IMG/VR virus record: IMGVR_UViG_3300007190_000023
Span: 1 to 63,982 of that record
Length of the DNA: 63,982 nucleotides
Strand: one strand, 5' to 3'
DNA from: a virus
The notes below the pieces were generated by a model. The model was given only the letters and a program-made list of their open reading frames with translations, was not told the DNA's origin and made no database searches. Position 1 is the first letter of the stretch. Every line of letters begins with the position of its first letter. Position numbers and translations under genes: made by a program. This document shows positions 61,383 through 63,982 of the stretch, piece by piece.

Positions 61383-63982
61383 TATCATCATTAAGTTCAG
61401 GGATTGGGAGGGCAATGAATATGATATGCCCTTATTTGAATACTTGGATAATGGGAGTGCTACCCTACAAAACATAATAGATGAAGAGGAACCTGACAGA
61501 AAAGTTAGAATGCATACCAACACTTCTGCTAACTCATCTCAATACTTTAGTACTAAGTACTCAAATGTGTTTCCTTTTAGGGCTAACCCTAGCAATAATG
61601 GGTTCACACAAGTAAATGGTTACGCTCTTCCTACCCAAATCAGAAGTAAAGAAATCTATGGAGAAGTCCCATACACCCTAAGTGATTCTATAAGTAAAGA
61701 TTTACCTAATAAACCTATTAACTTAACAAATTTTATTGATTTCTATCCCATCCCCTTAGGGGATTATAGTTTAAGATTTAAATTTCAAAGGTTTTTGTAT
61801 GATTTCGTTTTAAGTCGTGTTGGGGATAAGTTATTTAAATTTAGCTTAATCACTACAAAAGAAAGTAATTTGCCTCTTATAACACCTCTAAAGGATGAGT
61901 ATTACTATACTTTCACTCTACCGAATACTTTAGAGGATATTGAGTACTCCTTTTCTCCTTTCTTTCTGTATAAGGAACTATCTGTTTCAACATTAGAAGA
62001 AATAATCCCAAATATTGAAGAATTTACTAAATACAATTTTGATTCTAGTTATGTAGTTAATTTACAAAATTTACCCCCATATGGTGGTACAGAGGAGATT
62101 GTTAAGACATGGGGTCCAGTATCTAATTATAATCTTAATGCCCCTCCTTCATCTCATTTCTCACACTTCAATCTGGCAGGTCTGAACGTAATTCCTAAAT
62201 TCTTAAGTAAGAATAATATAAAAATTTACCCATTAAGAATACTAATGGGTAATCAACATTCAACGTCTGTTGTTAAAATTTCTCCTGTACACTTTACACC
62301 TAACTATTCCTCTTCCACGTTTACGGGGGAATACACTATACCCAGCCTCTCTACGAATAATAATATTAACCTAACTCTTAATCTCAGGTTGGATATGGCT
62401 TCTCAGACATTTACGGCTTTTGTTGCTATAGCTAATCTACCTAATATATATACGCAATATGCTGATGCAGTAGAGTTATATAATGACTCATCTACTGAAG
62501 TAAAACTTACTACTTCTATCCCTAATTTACTATCTTATGCTCCATTAAATACTATATTACCAAAAGTAGGTATTGTATCTTCGGGCACTCTAGTTCCTGC
62601 CTTGAGTAATAATAATATGTTCTTGATTGTGCCTTCTACTTTGGTGTACGCACTTGGGCATTGTGACCCCTACCAACTTAAGTTTAAGTCTAATTATACC
62701 CCCTATTCTCTTGTACAATGCTGCGGCATTTTTATTTACGCGTACTCTACGGAAGAAACTCATGAAAAGTTTAGGGAATTTCTGTATAAAAACTTCCCTG
62801 TTCTACTGCATAGGCACACTTCAAAAACTCCTTTTGTTTCTAGGAACCTTAATTCGTTTTTGAATGCAGGTATTCCTGCACCATATCTCTTTACTCCTTT
62901 CCCTACTACTCCTACTATTGATAATCTTAAAATATGTGCGTATAAGTTATACCATAAGACCCTTTCAGGCTCCTTGAATAAAACTGTTAACGAATATTCT
63001 AAGTTTGAAGTAGTAGATCAAAATACTGATAACTATACCTTTAGTGCGGAAGGTACATTGTACTTGATTCATCAAAAAGACCCTGTAGAAGATAGTGTTG
63101 CTATGGGACTTACCCAAGTATACATTTTAGAATTCAGTAACTCAGGGAATAACTATCAGAATCAAGTAATGGAATCCAGAGTATGTACCCATTACTCTAG
63201 TTTGCCCGTAAGCTCTGTGGCAAGTCTTGTGGGTACAAACAAATGGGTTAATACTAATAACTTATTGGCTTTAAATGTATTCCACCTTCCTACTTTCAAT
63301 AGCTTATCTGTTTATCCCCCAACTCTTAAAAAGATTACCTACCCTGATGCATTAGGTCTCAGTAGTTTAGATTTTTCTCAAGAACATCATATAAAATTGG
63401 AACACTATCCTATTCCACCAAATAGGAGAATTTGCTACCAATACCCTGAATCAACATGTGAAAATATCTTTGAAGTAAGGAATGTACATTCTTCTTCTTT
63501 CATCTATAAATTATCCTTAACAGGTCCTAAGATAGTTCCTCATTATTATTCAGACAGTGATATTACTAGGATAGATAATCAAGAGTTCTATGCGAGAGCT
63601 TTATACAATAACCCTCCAACCTTAGTTAGTAACTCCAGGGTTACTGTACTCATGGCCTGTTTCCATCAAAATGGGACATGGAGTGTAGGTTCACCTTCCC
63701 CTAATATCATGCATATCAACCAATCTACTTACACTGATATGTTCAGGGCTATTAAAGATTTCTTTGGTTTCTGGCTCCCTGATTTAGGGGAAACTACAAA
63801 TAACTATATAGTAAAGTTTGAAGTAGTTACTCCTACTCTTGGGGATTACTTTATTTACAACACTCTCCCAACTGATTGGACAAACATAAGCATTTCTACT
63901 CTAACTCCTTATATTGTTTTCGGTATCTCTACTGTTAATGCTCCTACTGCCAATACAACAAAAACTGTGCAAGTAACCATGC
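61372..63982 (+). CDS. N-terminal 870 codons of a wrap-around 899-aa tail fibre / receptor-binding-like protein (continues at 1..188)
   Basis: Hand translation from ATG 61372 (which overlaps the previous stop at 61380-61382) finds no stop up to the window end. It is absent from the ORF track only because it has no in-window stop. The product is Asn/Thr/Ser/Pro/Tyr-rich and the DNA is about 30% GC. Confidence 0.8.
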   Translation, partial: MSDNIIIKFRDWEGNEYDMPLFEYLDNGSATLQNIIDEEEPDRKVRMHTNTSANSSQYFSTKYSNVFPFRANPSNNGFTQVNGYALPTQIRSKEIYGEVPYTLSDSISKDLPNKPINLTNFIDFYPIPLGDYSLRFKFQRFLYDFVLSRVGDKLFKFSLITTKESNLPLITPLKDEYYYTFTLPNTLEDIEYSFSPFFLYKELSVSTLEEIIPNIEEFTKYNFDSSYVVNLQNLPPYGGTEEIVKTWGPVSNYNLNAPPSSHFSHFNLAGLNVIPKFLSKNNIKIYPLRILMGNQHSTSVVKISPVHFTPNYSSSTFTGEYTIPSLSTNNNINLTLNLRLDMASQTFTAFVAIANLPNIYTQYADAVELYNDSSTEVKLTTSIPNLLSYAPLNTILPKVGIVSSGTLVPALSNNNMFLIVPSTLVYALGHCDPYQLKFKSNYTPYSLVQCCGIFIYAYSTEETHEKFREFLYKNFPVLLHRHTSKTPFVSRNLNSFLNAGIPAPYLFTPFPTTPTIDNLKICAYKLYHKTLSGSLNKTVNEYSKFEVVDQNTDNYTFSAEGTLYLIHQKDPVEDSVAMGLTQVYILEFSNSGNNYQNQVMESRVCTHYSSLPVSSVASLVGTNKWVNTNNLLALNVFHLPTFNSLSVYPPTLKKITYPDALGLSSLDFSQEHHIKLEHYPIPPNRRICYQYPESTCENIFEVRNVHSSSFIYKLSLTGPKIVPHYYSDSDITRIDNQEFYARALYNNPPTLVSNSRVTVLMACFHQNGTWSVGSPSPNIMHINQSTYTDMFRAIKDFFGFWLPDLGETTNNYIVKFEVVTPTLGDYFIYNTLPTDWTNISISTLTPYIVFGISTVNAPTANTTKTVQVTM
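63884..63982. repeat. Terminal direct overlap, copy 2 (identical to 1..99)
   Basis: Read directly; see the feature at 1..99. Confidence 0.95.

Noticed and set aside
61383-63982. An apparent 2.6-kb gene desert at the right end of the window. This raised the possibility of non-coding DNA or a gene recoded with an alternative genetic code.
   Set aside because: Codon-by-codon hand translation from ATG 61372 shows an uninterrupted standard-code frame to the window end that continues at position 1. The ORF track missed it because there is no in-window stop.

Overview
The window is a complete, gene-dense phage genome. The first 99 nt are identical to the last 99 nt, so the contig closes on itself with about 63,883 bp of unique sequence. 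The architecture is that of an N4-like podophage that carries a virion RNA polymerase (vRNAP).

Rightward late module (55.77 kb, through the circular junction, to 29.74 kb):
- small and large terminase subunits
- two tail-fibre genes, one of which wraps around the window ends and is missing from the ORF track
- a GH24 endolysin, holin-like proteins and an embedded spanin pair
- portal, scaffold-like protein and major capsid protein
- large internal or ejection proteins
- a 3834-aa protein with T7-like RNA polymerase motifs A, B and C, called here as the vRNAP

Leftward early and middle module (54.3 kb down to 29.74 kb):
- a split two-subunit T7-like RNA polymerase (RNAPII type)
- a MoxR-like ATPase next to a vWA/HExxH protein
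- an SF1 helicase, a family A DNA polymerase and a Cas4-like nuclease
- a primase/helicase, an AAA_24-like ATPase and an SSB-like protein
- a dNMP-kinase-like protein, ThyX, tRNA-Arg(UCU) and a RusA-like resolvase

No integrase or repressor was recognised.

Most interesting unexplained signals:
1. An ORF-free, GC-richer, hairpin-dense block of about 1.06 kb (54.64-55.70 kb) between the divergent early and late modules. Intrinsic terminators lie on its left side. It could be a large structured RNA, the genome terminus with early promoters, or both.
2. A repeat-rich, origin-like non-coding region of about 1 kb (51.5-52.5 kb). It holds (AAATTA)6-A14, a G7/C7 pair, nested perfect inverted repeats and tandem GGTTCCAWTRG motifs.
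3. A genome-wide excess of GGTTC/GAACC, often as CCGGTTC. Codon-pair choice supports it, and it is absent from the AT-rich wrap-around fibre gene and from the ORF-free block.
4. A virion protein with 16 proline-punctuated 22-residue repeats.
5. Extra modules in the giant vRNAP: an HExxH motif, two NADAR-like segments, and a YGDF acidic motif shared with the tail of a small early protein.

All homology statements come from by-eye motif recognition and need profile searches.
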